From Callorhinchus milii (taxonomy: Eukaryota): a stretch of DNA of 64,000 nucleotides. This document shows positions 11,671-24,374 of this stretch, in pieces. The stretch is from the NCBI RefSeq assembly GCF_018977255.1, contig NW_024704742.1, forward strand, positions 32,304,001 through 32,368,000. Reading direction: 5' to 3'. Numbering within the stretch: the stretch's first letter is position 1; each line of letters opens with the position of its first letter. The notes under the pieces are model-generated. The model had not been told where the DNA came from, searched no databases, and saw nothing but the letters and a program-made list of their open reading frames with translations. A program made the translations under genes and the position numbers.

Positions 11671-11905
11671 GCCAGTTGTGGCACCTGTTCAGATGGATGT
11701 TAAAGATCCCATTGCACTGTTCTAAAAAAGAAGGGAGTAACTCCTGGTGTCCTGGCCAACAATCCCCTGAATAAAATTGGTCATTCCCTTCATGAACTGT
11801 TAGGGCATTGTTTTGTGCAAATTGGCTGCCGTGTTTCACCTACACTAAATTTACAGTATATCCTTTAAAGTATTTTGAGACATTCTCCTGATGTGAAAGA
11901 TAGGT
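11670..11905 (+). mobile_element. Deu-domain SINE, 3' two-thirds
   Basis: CTGTTCAGATGGATGTTAAAGATCCCATTGCACT...TGTGCAAATTGGCTGCCGTGTTTC. Confidence 0.8.
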
Positions 11906-11910
11906 GATAA

Positions 11911-12695
11911 GTGTGGTATTCCTTAGGGCTCTGTCCTTGGTCCTCCTCTCTTCAGTATTTATATGTTCCCGCTTCGTGACATCATCCGCAGACATGGGGT
12001 TCACTTCTCCATGTATGCGGATGACACCCAAATCTATCTCTCTGCCTCCACCCTCGACTCCAGGACCACTGCTGTCCTGATGGATTGTCTGTCAGACATC
12101 AAGTCCTGGATAAGAGCAAACTTTCTAAAGCTGAATGTCAGTCAACAAGACCGAGGCCCGCCAGCTTGGCCTGCAGATTATTCAGAACTCTGCAGCTCGT
12201 GTCCTCTCTTGCTAAGCTCTGTGACTCTATGATCCTCATCCTTATCCAGCTCTACTGGCTCCCCATTCCCCCAGAGGATAGAGTTCAAAATCCTTGTCCT
12301 CGTTTTCAAAGGCCTCCATGGCCTTGCCCCTCCCTACCTTTGTGAACTGCTAACACTAAACCGATCTGCACCCACCCCCCCATCTGCTTCATGTCCCTAA
12401 CCTGCCCATCCCACCATCGGTGGTCGGGTCTTCAGCCTTTTGCCCCCACTCTGTAGAACTCCATCCCACAGTACCTTTGTCTCGCTCCCTCCCTTACCTC
12501 CTTCAAGACCATCTCAAGACCTTCCTTTTCGACCGCACCTTCAGTCACCCTCCTACCCCGACCCTCCCTGCTCTCCACCTCGCCTGATTCCAACACCCAG
12601 CTCAGGTGCAAATCCTTGACCGTCCAGCACTTTGGGATGTCCTGTCAACATGAAAGGCATGATACAAATATAATTTGTGTTAGTTAGTTGTTGTT
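11911..12695 (+). mobile_element. L2 LINE (subfamily B) fragment with RT core and 3' tail, internally deleted
   Basis: [33 protein letters not shown]; tail CAGCACTTTGGGATGTCC...(TTG)n. Confidence 0.92.
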
Positions 12696-13016
12696 ATAAT
12701 AATAATAATCCGTGCATTTGATACTGCGCTTTTCACGTCTTCTAGATGTCTAAAAGCATATATAAGCAGACAGAATATACTGTAAAGTGAATTGACTACA
12801 TTTTGTGGGCGAAATACGACAACCATTTGCGCACAGCAGTGTCCCACAAACAGTAGTGGATTGAAGTGACCAATTTATTATTGTTTTTTTTTCTTGAGGG
12901 GTTATGATCAGGCATGTGGAACAAGGAAACTTGCCCAAGGTTTCGCCCTGCCTGGAATCGAACCCAGGTCTCTCGCTTGCGAGGCGAGTGCTCTAACCAC
13001 TGAGCTACAAGACTCC
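12696..13016 (-). mobile_element. Young tRNA-Ala-headed SINE (short variant), full length
   Basis: GGAGTCTTGTAGCTCAGTGGTTAGAGCACTCGCCTCGCAAGCGAGAGACCTGGGTTCGATTCC head, CCTTGGGCAAGT, Deu 3' part, (TTA)n tail. Confidence 0.92.
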
Positions 13017-16000
13017 ATATATGTGAGATACATATGTATGTGGGATACCTCGTGGAATACCTCATGGAAGCCGGTGGGATACCTCGTGGAAGCCTTGCTG
13101 TAAAGAATAAATTATTACTGGAACTATTGTAGCATATCTGCAGGAATCATTGTTAATCATCAGGGAGTGCTGCTGTGAAACTGTGCAATGTTGGAATGGG
13201 AAAAGAAGGCATCACTGAGCAATAATGATTCAAAGAGCTGTTTGTTGTTTTCCTCTGATTTTCATTTCATCTTCGTGCAGATATATGCCCATGTCTCTGC
13301 CTTAAATCCTTGTCCCCTTTTAAAAATGTAAGGGAGAGAGTTTCTTCTTCTGTTCTGGATGACAATCTCCCAGATACAATTTGGTTATTCACTTCATATC
13401 TGTTTGTGGGATGTTGCTGCCTGCCAATTGGCATTCGCCTACAAAATATACCGTCATCACACTTTACAGAAAATCCTCTTGAGACGTCCTCCTGATGTGA
13501 AAGACATTATACCAAATGAAAGGATTATTGTAATAAGAACACATGGAATGCAAAAAAATGTTGGCCCATGAAGCCTACTCTTTCCATCACTCACCCATCC
13601 CATTTTGGGACATGTTGACAATGTGATAAGGTATCAAATGTAAGAATTATTATGAAGTACAGTTTACCCTCACCTTTTGGGCACGTGCATTATGAAGACA
13701 GTTCACAATTCAGGTGACTTTTTCAGTCTTGCTTTTTATTTTAAACTGTTGGTGACCAAAAGTTTAAACTCATTAATGTGGGCACCTCATGAATAAGAGT
13801 AAAATAGGCCAGTCTATTAACTGCCCTTAATAGCAAGTTTCCGCTGTTATATTTCTGGCAGGTAAAAGATCAGAGAGGGAAATAGCTGGTTCCCCAGCAC
13901 ACATCTAACCCTGCTGGTCTGGCAAACACAACCATACCAGGAGCTGCTAATGAAACACTCTGTTGCAGTCTGCAAATACACATTTAAAATGACAGCCCCA
14001 GCAGGACTCCGATACAAATCGGCTTGAACCCAGTGGTAGAATTGGAATATTGGTAATTAGTCCACCAGTGATTGACAATCCCAACCTAATAAGCACAGAA
14101 TATCATCCTCTCTGAAATACACACAGGCACCTGAGGGGCAGTTTCACACACAGAGAACAGAATGTTTTCCAAAATGGAACGCTACTGAAGTGAAATTTTA
14201 CTCACTCACAAAAATGTTTTCTTTCAGATAACATAACTTTAAGGATGTTCTCACTCTAGGCTATTATGCATACAGTAAGGCTACAGAAAGTCCTGACAGG
14301 CAAATTCTCAACTCTTAGACTGCTGAAGAAACAAGGACACCAATAAGTTTGGAAATCTATCAAGCGAATGGTTGGAAAATTCAAATCTCAGCTACGGATG
14401 AGAATCTTACCTGTGAGAAAGAGATGCTAAGGGCATGTTACATTACTGCAAACAGTTAATTGCCTTACTTTACTGTGAAACATGGATTAATATTCAAAAG
14501 GATCTTGATGCATTGGACAAGATTTAGAGAAGACTAGCAAGAATGACTCTGGGGCTTATGACGCTAGGGAGACTTACAGAGATGAGCTGGTTAATAAGTT
14601 TTGCATTTGATATAAGACTATAACATCACAACATCTCAAAGCTCTTCACAGGGAATCCAATAATAAAAATTAAAAATAATAATCTTTGCATTAAATATAG
14701 CGCCTCCCACATTAGAAGGACAACTTTACCTTTTATATCCTGTGAAGAGCTTTGTTAACATTCTCTTAACATATTACTGTACCAGATGTCAAGATTATTA
14801 TTATTATTAATGGGACAGGCAATTTGCACATAGCAATGTCCCACAAATAGCCATGAAGTGAATCACCAATCTTACTTGGGGCATTATTCGCCAGGGCATC
14901 GGTAGAGATCTTCTTCACTTTCAAATAGTGCTGTGGGATCTCTAATATCCACTGGCAGTAGACAGCAGACCCTGGTGTAATGCCTCACCTGAATGGCGGA
15001 GCCTTTGACAACGTACTGCTCCTCCCCTCCTCCCTCATCCTCCCTTTCCTGGGGAGTTTAACGCTAATCTATGTGTAAACAAAATTCTAAAACCATGTGT
15101 TTCTGTTTTAACAGGCCAGATTAAATTTCGAGCATGAAAATAAATCGGTCATCTCACTCCATGTTGATCCAATGCTGGGAGTGAACAGGCATTGCTCCTA
15201 ATGCCATAAACACAACAGAAATAGAGTTCAGCTTGTGGAGAATAGGTGTAGGAGCGATTGTGTATCAGTTAGAAACAGCGATGACAAGTTTCAAATACAA
15301 TAATAGTCTCAAATGGCATCTGAAATGTCTCTTTGAAATGACCAGAGACCAGAATATTAATGCAGGTATCGAGGTGAGCATTATCTCTGTTTGTGTCTCA
15401 ACACAGTTGCTGCAGTTTAATCTACTTCCTTATCGAAGGCCCTTTCAGTGTCATAAAAGAAAGTTTCCAAATTAAGACTGAATTTGAGATATTTTTCCCT
15501 AAGGGCATTCCACATCCAAAAACTCTCTGTGTAAAAAAAAGTGATAGAGGCAAAGTCAAGAGAGAAATTGGATAAATGTGTGAAAAATAGAGGCATGAAG
15601 GGGTAGAGTCTAGGTTAAGGTGTGCGATTGAATGAACAGTATGCTCTGAGTCAGTGCAGACTCGATGGACCGAATGGCCTCCTTCTGCACTTTAAGTTTC
15701 TATGATTCTATCTTAAATTTGAAGATAGTGGTATTGAGGCTTAGACCCTGAGAAATATTAAGCCTTTGATCATGAACTGCCGAATATAAGATAACCTCAG
15801 AGAATTTTTTTTATTGGAATGATACTGTGTGTCTGAACTATTGTCAGAGAATATTTAATTGCAATTTAGCCTTTATGTCAATTTGGACTGCTTATAACCC
15901 ATTGAGGAATAAGCTTCTGAAATGATGGTTCAGGATTTAATTCAGCTGTTCAGTAGCTGAAGCAATTGTGAATTTGACCAGACTACTAACCAGGAGGATG

Positions 16001-16110
16001 TGAGTCTAAGTCCCAGGGCTGCCTGTCTTGTTTCAGTTCGGTAAATTTTGTCAGCTCTTAGCTATGCTGTAAAATGAAATGCTATGTGCTAGCAAGGCAT
16101 TCTGTGTTGT

Positions 16111-16679
16111 GTAAGGAGAAAACTGAGATGCTTTGTCTTGTTCTGCTTGAATTGCTCTTCTCAATAGACGTGGAGCAGGTTTGACACTCGTTATTAAGCG
16201 TATGGGCTGACTGTCTCACCAGGAAGAGAGTATGTGGTGGTTTGCATTTTCGCAACCAATAAGGAAAAATGAGAATTGAAGTAAATGTGTATGGTGGAGC
16301 ATTGTGATACTGATGCTGCATAACTGAATATTTTTAATGCAATAAATATTCACTTAACAAAATGTACCTTTTACCAAGCAGTAATTGTTTTTATGCTTAG
16401 CAGTTTTCTCTCTATTACAAGTGTAACTTTGCTTTTACCTTTTATTTTCATACCATAATCACAGTATTGGCTGGGCTCAGTTGGTAGCACTCGCCTCTAG
16501 GTTAACACCAACTTAGATGGGACTTTGAACTTATGTAGCCTAGACTGGCACTGAAATACAATGTTGGGGTGTGCTGCATTGCTGAAGTTGGGTAAGGAGA
16601 AAACTGAGATGCTTTGTCTCATTCTGCTTGAATTGCTCTTCTCAATAGACATGGAGCAGGTTTGACACCCATTATTAAG
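16111..16679 (+). repeat. 88-bp local direct duplication (16111-16198 and 16592-16679)
   Basis: GTAAGGAGAAAACTGAGATGCTTTGTC...TTATTAAG present twice; the second copy lies inside a SINE. Confidence 0.95.
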
Positions 16680-16995
16680 TATAATCTTCGGATGAGACAT
16701 GAAACCAAGGTCCTGTCTGTCCACTCAGGTGCGCATTAAAAATCTCATGCCACTAGTTGAAGAGTGAAGGGTTCCTCCCAGTGTCTTAGCCAACTATCCA
16801 CCAGATAAAATTAGTTATTCACTTCATAGCTGTTTGAAGCAACAACAACAAGATTACAAATTGCTGTACAGATGCATGTTGGCTGCAGCATTCACCAACT
16901 AAATAAACAGTCATGACACTTTACAGTAAATCCCGTGAAGTGTTATGAGATGCTCTCAAGATGTGAAAGGTGCTAAATCAAATGCAAGGATTACA
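16467..16995 (+). mobile_element. Deu-domain SINE, near full length, carrying an 88-bp templated insertion
   Basis: GGCTCAGTTGGTAGCACTC head, GGATGAGACATGAAACCAAGGTCC, tail ATCAAATGCAAGGATTA. Confidence 0.85.
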
Positions 16996-17059
16996 ATTGA
17001 TAACATTTGCCAATAAGAATATATTTTATTTTTGCATCGTAATTCTTCAGGTTATTGGA

Positions 17060-17735
17060 TGTCTAGTTTATTGCCTGTGAGAGGGTCGTGAAGCTTGCTG
17101 TCCAAAGCTGAGGTTGAAGCAGATAGTATAGATATATGTAGGAGGAAGGAAGACCTTCACATGGAGGAGGAAATATTACTGCAACAACAACCTGCATTTA
17201 TGTAGCACCCTTCACCTGCAGGCAGGGTCTTGGAGCCTTAACAGCAGCATGGTTTGAAGTTGAGCTGGAAAAGGAGGGGAGGTGACTGAAGGCATGGTCC
17301 AAAGGAAGGTCTTGTCTTCAGGTATGATTTGAAGACAGGCAAAGAGGGAGCAAGACGGGAAGTGTTCCAGAGATTGAGAGCATAGCAGGGTAAAGCATAG
17401 CCACCAATGGTGTAATGGAGGGGATGACGGACGTGTAAATGACCACAACAACTTGCACTTATATAGTGCCCTCCAAGCAGGGTAGCATCTCAGGGAGCTT
17501 AACTGTGGCGGAGCGTGACTCCGAGCCGAGGGAGGGGAAGGTGGCTGTAAGTACGGTCGAAAGACCCAAGCCAGCTGCGTGACGGTAGAGGAGGGAGTAT
17601 ATGTGGAATCAAGTGTAGAATAGAAGGGTATGGGAAGGAATAAGGAATGGTATATAATCTTTTAGAACATAAACACCGGCACAGACTGGTTGGGCCAATT
17701 CGCCAGTTTCCTTGCTGTACATTCTCAGTAAATCT
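17060..17735. mobile_element. CR1 3' end (+) interrupted by two short L2 3' fragments (-, ~17182-17570)
   Basis: GGTTGAAGCAGATAGTATAGAT...ATAAACACCGGCACAGACTGGTTGGGCC; two ACAACAAC(C/T)TGCA L2 tails. Confidence 0.65.
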
Positions 17736-18184
17736 TCGTCTAATAATTGTTAAGTGCTCTGAGATGTTATCTTACATGAAAAGTTGATATAAATGCAAAT
17801 TATTGTTAATCTACCAATGTAATTAACTCCTACAATTGCTTTATAAAGTCCAAAATACAAATTACACTTTTAATTGCATTATAGTTGGAATGAACAAAGA
17901 TATAGCAAGGTTTTATGATACTAAAGGTTTGTAGATACAGTTATTATGCTGCTCAGCTCCTTGGGACGTGCAATGGTGCTATACAAATGTAATTAGTTGT
18001 TGTTGCTCAGATTCTACCACCTCCTCCTTACCTCAAGGACAGATTGTATCAACCGCTCACAGAGACGTTTTTTAAGATGTCTTGTTGACGTAATAGGGTA
18101 CTATATCAAATACAAATATTATTATAACATTGAAATGCTCCTAAAGGCTTTGCAGACATTTCAAAAGTCTTCAGTAAGCATTGT

Positions 18185-18420
18185 TGAACTCCCTTCTGTT
18201 TTCTAATGGTGTCGTGGGATGCTTAACTTCATCCACCTTAGAACTGCTCCCATTAATAAGCTCACCCATTGACTCTGGCCCGTCATTACTAACAGCACCC
18301 ACCTGCAGCACCGCATTGGAGTGCCAGCCCATACCCAGTGTGAATTCCAAGACCCAATGTGGGATTTCAATCCACAACCTTTTGATTCAGAGGTGAGAGA
18401 GCTACCAAGTGAGCCAAGGA
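18185..18420 (-). mobile_element. Divergent tRNA-headed SINE variant with an alternative central segment
   Basis: Minus-strand head TGGCTCACTTGGTAGCTCTCTCACCTCTGAATCAAAAGGTTGTGGATTGAAATCCC; centre shared with 5290-5400. Confidence 0.7.
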
Positions 18421-19023
18421 GATGCGCATATATATATAGGAATAGGAGGGTGGTGGGATGAGACCAGAATGCTGAACTCATTTAAGAAATGGCTTGACAG
18501 TGTAATGAGAAGGCGGGCACTTTGGGAGGATGAGATCAAATGGACTGAAGAGCCTTTCCACATCCAAACTTCTCTTGTGAAAAGATTCAATTAAGAGCAA
18601 CGTTTGCACTGCAAAATTCTACTGGCTCCTAAGTGAAATTGAATATAATTTTCTGTTTGAATCCGTCACTCTGTGTAGAATAAAGTAATCTGATATAGGA
18701 AGAGCTGTGACATTGAATGATAATTTCCTCCTCGCTCTCACTTCCTGGGCCTTTTTAAAATGAGACGGCTAAATTATATTGTCACCTTCAAGGCTGATTT
18801 GTGATGTAGCCTCATATAGAAACTGTCAAGAATTCAATTCAATTGTAACTAGTAATAGGTATCAATAAAAATAGGTACTTAACATGTATCCCTGGGCTGG
18901 ATTCGAATACCCTAGACTGTAGTCTAGATGGAGTTGTAGTGATATAGAAGGCAGTGATATATTACACAATCACCGAGTCACGACAGAAACATTTTGCAAA
19001 ATGTATTCTTTCTAAAAAAAATT

Positions 19024-19395
19024 AATGATAATAATCTTGCATTTGATATAGCGCCTTATCACAACTTCGAAATGTCTCAAAGCGCTTCACAGAATATATT
19101 GTAACGTGAATTGACTGTATATTTTGTGGGCAAAACGCGGCAGCCAATTCTGCACAGCAGTGTCCCACAAACAGTTGTGGATTGAGTGACCAAATTATTT
19201 TTATATATTTTGAAGGAATTATTACCCCTGAAAAAGCGATCCGCCAATTGACTAACAACCAGGTTCCTACTTATGCTAGGTAAACAGAAGTGGGTGGAGT
19301 AAGGATACTTGCCCAATGTTTCGCCCTAACGGGAATATAACCTAGGTCCTGTTGCTGGCAAAGGAAATGCTATAACCACTGAGCTGCAGGACTCC
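19024..19395 (-). mobile_element. tRNA-headed CORE-like/Deu hybrid SINE, long variant, full length
   Basis: GGAGTCCTGCAGCTCAGTGGTT head, TTGGGCAAGT..CTTACTCC...CTGTTTACCTAGCA, Deu 3' part, L2-like tail. Confidence 0.88.
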
Positions 19396-19444
19396 ACAAT
19401 CCCTGAGCCTATGAGTTGGCTCCACTGGCTCCCCATTCCCCAGA

Positions 19445-19512
19445 TAAGAACATAAGAAATGCTAGATGCAAAAAAGACCAAGGTCCATCTAGTTTGCCTT
19501 CCACCTTCCTGA
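19445..19512 (-). mobile_element. CR1 extreme 3'-end fragment, same family as 5821-6720
   Basis: ATAAGAACATAAGAAATGCTAGA...CCAAGGTCCATCTAGTTTGCCTTCCACCTTCCTG nearly identical to 5822-5897. Confidence 0.85.
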
Positions 19513-22500
19513 ATAAGAGAAATTCCCTTAGTCCTGCGAGTTCTTCATTATCCACCATCAAGACAGATGGGACCTTAGTATAACATCTCACCCAAAGGAT
19601 AGCATCTCTGCTATCATTAGGGTCCCCAATTCCTTGGCTTCTGAGAACTTTCAGCTGTGTTCTTCAGGTATAGACAAATGGGGAGAAACTCCCTTCTCTT
19701 TTTAAATAGTGTGACATTAAACACCACCTGAACAGGCAGATGGGATCTAGGCTGAACACCTCATTCTCCATTTCAATGATCACCAGAAATGTCAGTCTGG
19801 ATTACTTTAAATCCTAACATGGGGTACTTGCAGAAGCTCAGAAAGAGGTATATTGGCAAGCCTGAATCAGTTTGTAAACAAAAGGACTGTGGTCTTAATC
19901 AGAAAATTGGAACCAAGAGTTTCAGAGTAACTGTATTTTATTATTAAATGATTTTTCTGGCAACCTCAAATGCTTCCTTAAGATGCAATATGCTCTCTGG
20001 CAACTGGAGATTGAACATATTCTAATTAAGATGAGTTCAAGAAGCACCACATTTGAACCTCTGATGCAATGTAGTTCTTAATTATGAATGATGCCTGCAA
20101 GTCCCAGCCTTTTCACTGCCACTGACAGGATTATTGAGGATCTTTTATTTTGGTTGTCTACATTATTGTATTAGAAAATCAGAACAAGTACATACTGTCC
20201 TTATTATCTCGGATCAGTTTTAAATTGAGCTGTTATAGGCCTTAATTAAGATGCTGTATATTTGTTGTTACCATTGGCTCTGCTGCGTAGTGGGATGGCA
20301 GACAATGCTTTCAATGGCAAGACATATATATGGCTTTCGTTGGTTAAACTCCAGCGGCACCTTCAAAACACACACACTGGGGTTACTGTGTAACTGTACC
20401 CTGATAAGAGCCAGCGCCTTCACATAAAGAAAGATAAGAGGAGAAAGGCAGATGGAGAAACATTCCAGCTCTGCGACTCTGTCCTGATAGAAGGTGATTG
20501 CTGAGAAATATTTAAATACTTGGTTTGTGGGTGTGTAGCAAGGGAGGAGGAAATGGATAGACAACCATAAAAAATAAAATTTGTAGAGACCACATCTAAT
20601 CAGGGAATATGCTGTGTGAACCTTTTTTTAATATTTTACTCTATTTATGTCATCCGCTTGAGTTTGAATGCTGCCAAATGCAAGGAAATTAAACGTTTAT
20701 CTGAGACCAAGCTAAAGCCAGCCTCCGTTGGAATAAAAATATGCTGACGTGCTTCCCTGCCATGATGTTCAATGCTCATGTGCAACCTACCAGCACTTTA
20801 CATACTGGATGTACACAATGCAAATTGATGCCACTTGATATGTTTATGCATGTTTACTCCATATATTATTATGATAATAATAATCCTTGCATTTGATATG
20901 GTGTCTTGAGGATGTCTCAAAGCACCTGACAGAATATCATGTAAAATGAAGTGTTATGTTTTCTGTAGGCAACATGGCAGCCAGTTTGCGCACAGCAATG
21001 CCCCACAAACAGTCAAGTAGAGAATGACCAGTTAAAATACATAATTAATTTAAATTGAACCACTTAAATATTAAAAATTAATGTTTAAAAGAAAAGAAAA
21101 GAATCTGAATTCTACCTGGTTAAACATATTAGAAACAAGCCCATGGCAGCGACTGAAGTGTACAGTCTTACAGTTTCTGTATGCCCATTCATGCAAAGTA
21201 CATAATTGTGAGAGAGCTGCATTGTGGATGTGATGCTGCCTCTCTGGAAGCAGTAAAATGAAGCAGCCAGACTCATTCAGGCTCGCAGACGTATGCAGTG
21301 AAGTATTGCACATCACAGCATTGGGACCAGTCAGTTCTCAGGCTGAATCAGTCCCAGCGTCCTGTCAGTTCCTCTAACTGACTGCTCATGAACTGGCAAG
21401 TTGACCTCCTGGAAGAGGACTTGGGTTATTCATTCTCTGCCTTGAGGAGCTGGAAAGGATCTTTCGTATCATTGAGAAAGTAAAAGGTTTACTAACCTAC
21501 TGAGGCTGGTTCACAGAAATCTCAGACCAGCATGTGTGACAGCTCCATCACATCACTATATGTGTAAGGTAGCGGTGGTGGGGGAAATATACAGACTAAC
21601 CAAAGTCAGAGAAACTTGCCGAGGAGATCAACAGATACTTAGGAAGGAAGAATTTTAAGGGATATGGGAAAAAACATTCATAAATGGGTTTTCAAACCAG
21701 CTCCACTGGATCAAGTAACAACAACAATAACACATTTCATTTATATACCTCCTTTCAAGTCGGGAGGATGTCTCAAGGAGCTGGACAGTCAAGGATTTGT
21801 AAGAAGTAACTCAAATCTCATTTTGCTGCTCTTTATCCCTATCCTTCTGATCTTCATTCTTCAAGTATTTATCCAGTTCTCTTTTAAATGCCATAATTGA
21901 ATGAGCTCTAACAGTCATTTGTGGTAATGCATTCCACATTTCCATAACTGTTAATGCCTGGTAAAGGCTAACATCATTTAAAGGCTTCTAGTAATAATCT
22001 TGAATTCAGGTCCCCTAATTTAACCCAACAGGGTTCCAGAACTCCAGGGAGAATTTTCCATCCCAAAGTAAAATTTCAGACTAATGCTCGTTTTTATATT
22101 CTGCAATACAAAGCAAGGCACTGTTGAAAGCAGCACCTAATAAGAACCCACAATTTTCCCTTCTATGCGATCGTTCTTCTGGAAGATATTCAGAATAATC
22201 TGATCGATCAATATCAGATTTATTATAATTTCTTTCAGGCTAAAAATTAGAGTTGAGCACAATTTAACAAAATGAGATGCAAGGTAAATGTGTAAGTCGA
22301 GCTGTGAGAACTCAGATATTGAAACTCCGTGTTGCTTACTTAGGAAGTGGAAGCCAAGGGAGGCAATTGATTTACCTATGAAAAAGTCTTAAAACAGCAA
22401 TTTGCATATCAGGCCTGAAATTGGCTATTGCAGTCAATAACCTTACAGTAAAATTCTGTGAAGCACTTTGACACATTGTAATTGTGTGCTATATCTAACA

Positions 22501-22704
22501 CAAGAATTATTAGTATGCTTATTCAACGGGACCTAGGTTTGTTTTGGCCAGAAATAGGACCATTTTGTCTTAAACTTTAAGAGGCAATGTCCCACAAAAC
22601 AACAAATGAAATAAAAATTGAGGAAGAATAGACAAAGAAAATGGAAGGAAGAAAGATGAAAGAATAAAGGAGATACATTAGGGTTTTATTAAGTGTCATT
22701 AGGT

Positions 22705-23287
22705 GACAGTCCAGTTCAATTGGTAGCACTTTCACCTGAGTCAGAAGGTTGTGGGTTGTAGGTTTAATCCCCCATGTCTAGGATGACATTTCAATGCAGT
22801 CCTAGGGGGAGCACTGGATTGTTGGTGGTGCTGTCCCTCGGATGAAATGTTAAACCTAGGTCCTGTTGAATAAACATACTAATAATTCTTGTGTTACATA
22901 GAGCACACAATTACAATGTGTCAAAGTGCTTCACGGATTTTGCTGTAAGGTTATTGACTGCAATAACCAAATTATGCTCAGCAAAGTCCTAAAAGCAGCC
23001 ATGTCAATTTTATTATTTTGTTTCAAGGATTATTGGACAGGATATCAGGAGAAACACCCTTCTCTTTTACAGTAGTGCCACGGGATCTTTAATGTCCCTC
23101 TGAACAGCCAGACGAGACCTCGGGTTTAACATTTCACCTAACTGACCTCTAATAATGCAGCACTCCTCCAGCACTGCCCTGGAGTGTAAGCCTTGACCAT
23201 GGGTTCAAAGTCCCAACGTGGGACATGAACCAACAACCTTCTGACCAAGAGGCAGGTATCACAGGCTTAACATGAGCCAAACTGATA
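22705..23287. mobile_element. Two convergent Deu-domain SINEs (+ 22705-22866; - 22880-23287)
   Basis: TTGGTAGCACTTTCACCTGAGTCAGAAGGTTGTGGG head on +; + strand AGTGCCACGGGATCTTTAATGTCC marks the - copy. Confidence 0.8.
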
Positions 23288-24374
23288 CATTTCAGTTTCA
23301 TGTAGATATAGTGTATTTTCTGTTCAGTCAAAGCTTGTATAAATAGGAGTAAAAGAGCACTGTGCAGTGCTATTTTCAGAAAACACAATTACGCTTTGAA
23401 ACATGGAACTGTTCTCCCTGGATAATGAAAGCAGCATCCAAGTGTTAATCTACTGTGTTGAATGGGTACAATGTCTTGAATATGCAATATAAAACCTAGA
23501 GGGAGGTACCAATAATTGTAAGTAGCACAGATGGACTCTCATGGCGGCAAGAAAATAGACTTAACATAAAAGTTTGTTTACAATACAAGACTGTTCATTA
23601 AAATTCAAGCTACTTTTTCAAAGAGACCCGTAACCGCAAAATCTTTATAATTTTTTTTGTAAAATATTCACTCTTTTGCTTTCAAATCTTATGGCGTATG
23701 CCCACTTACGTTTTGGAGTGAGTTTGCAAGAGCCTTGGTGTGAGTTGTTATTGTATCAGCTGGAGCACAGGGTGGCAAGTGCAACTGGGTTATTTATAGG
23801 TGGATTGACATAACAGTTTTAATAAGGATGATCTCCAGTAGATAACAACTTTTGATATGGCTATCCAGGTCACCACACTTTACTGCAGAAGGGAACTTAA
23901 GAAAACAAAACAAGGCAGGTCTTATCCTGGTTATTTCTGCACACAATGTACAATGACATGAATGATTTATGGAAACGTTGGCTGAGAAATGCACATTCAA
24001 GATGGACCTTCTTGTTCTCTGCTGTTTAAAGTTCTCCTCCCTTTCCTCAATGCATTTCCCCTGGTGATATCATTCACTTGAAGAGTTCTATTTGATAATA
24101 ATAATAATAATTCTTGCATTTGACAAAGCGCCTTATCACGTCTTTGAGACGTCTCAAAGCACTTCACAGAATATACTGCAAAGTGTAGTGACCTTGTATT
24201 ATTTAAATGCAAGCTGTCATTATTGCAATTGGTAGGATCTTGCTTATCAAGTTTCTCTTTTTTGAAAGCTTAAGAAACTATTATTTTTCAGCAATGTTAA
24301 TTAATCTTGCGAGTTTGCATTTGAGTATTTAATTTGAACAGGAGACAAATAACAAAGGCAGTGATAATATAAAT

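Noticed and set aside
11911..12140. Relocated RT core missing from the neighbouring 10516-11541 ORF
   Set aside because: It starts near the deletion point but has subfamily-B residues (KSWIRANF) and its own tail, so it is an independent insertion
12945..13016. tRNA-Ala gene (also at ~26170-26239, 37465-37533, 46880-46947)
   Set aside because: A/B boxes and an anticodon arm are present, but there is no acceptor-stem pairing and each runs into a SINE body; these are SINE heads
15100..15205. Plus-strand exon after TTTCTGTTTTAACAG (ARLNFEHENKSVISL...)
   Set aside because: Stop after 28 codons, no good donor, no recognisable homology
21071..21316. 81-aa minus-strand ORF with a possible donor at ~21116
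   Set aside because: No acceptor or homology recognised; length expected by chance
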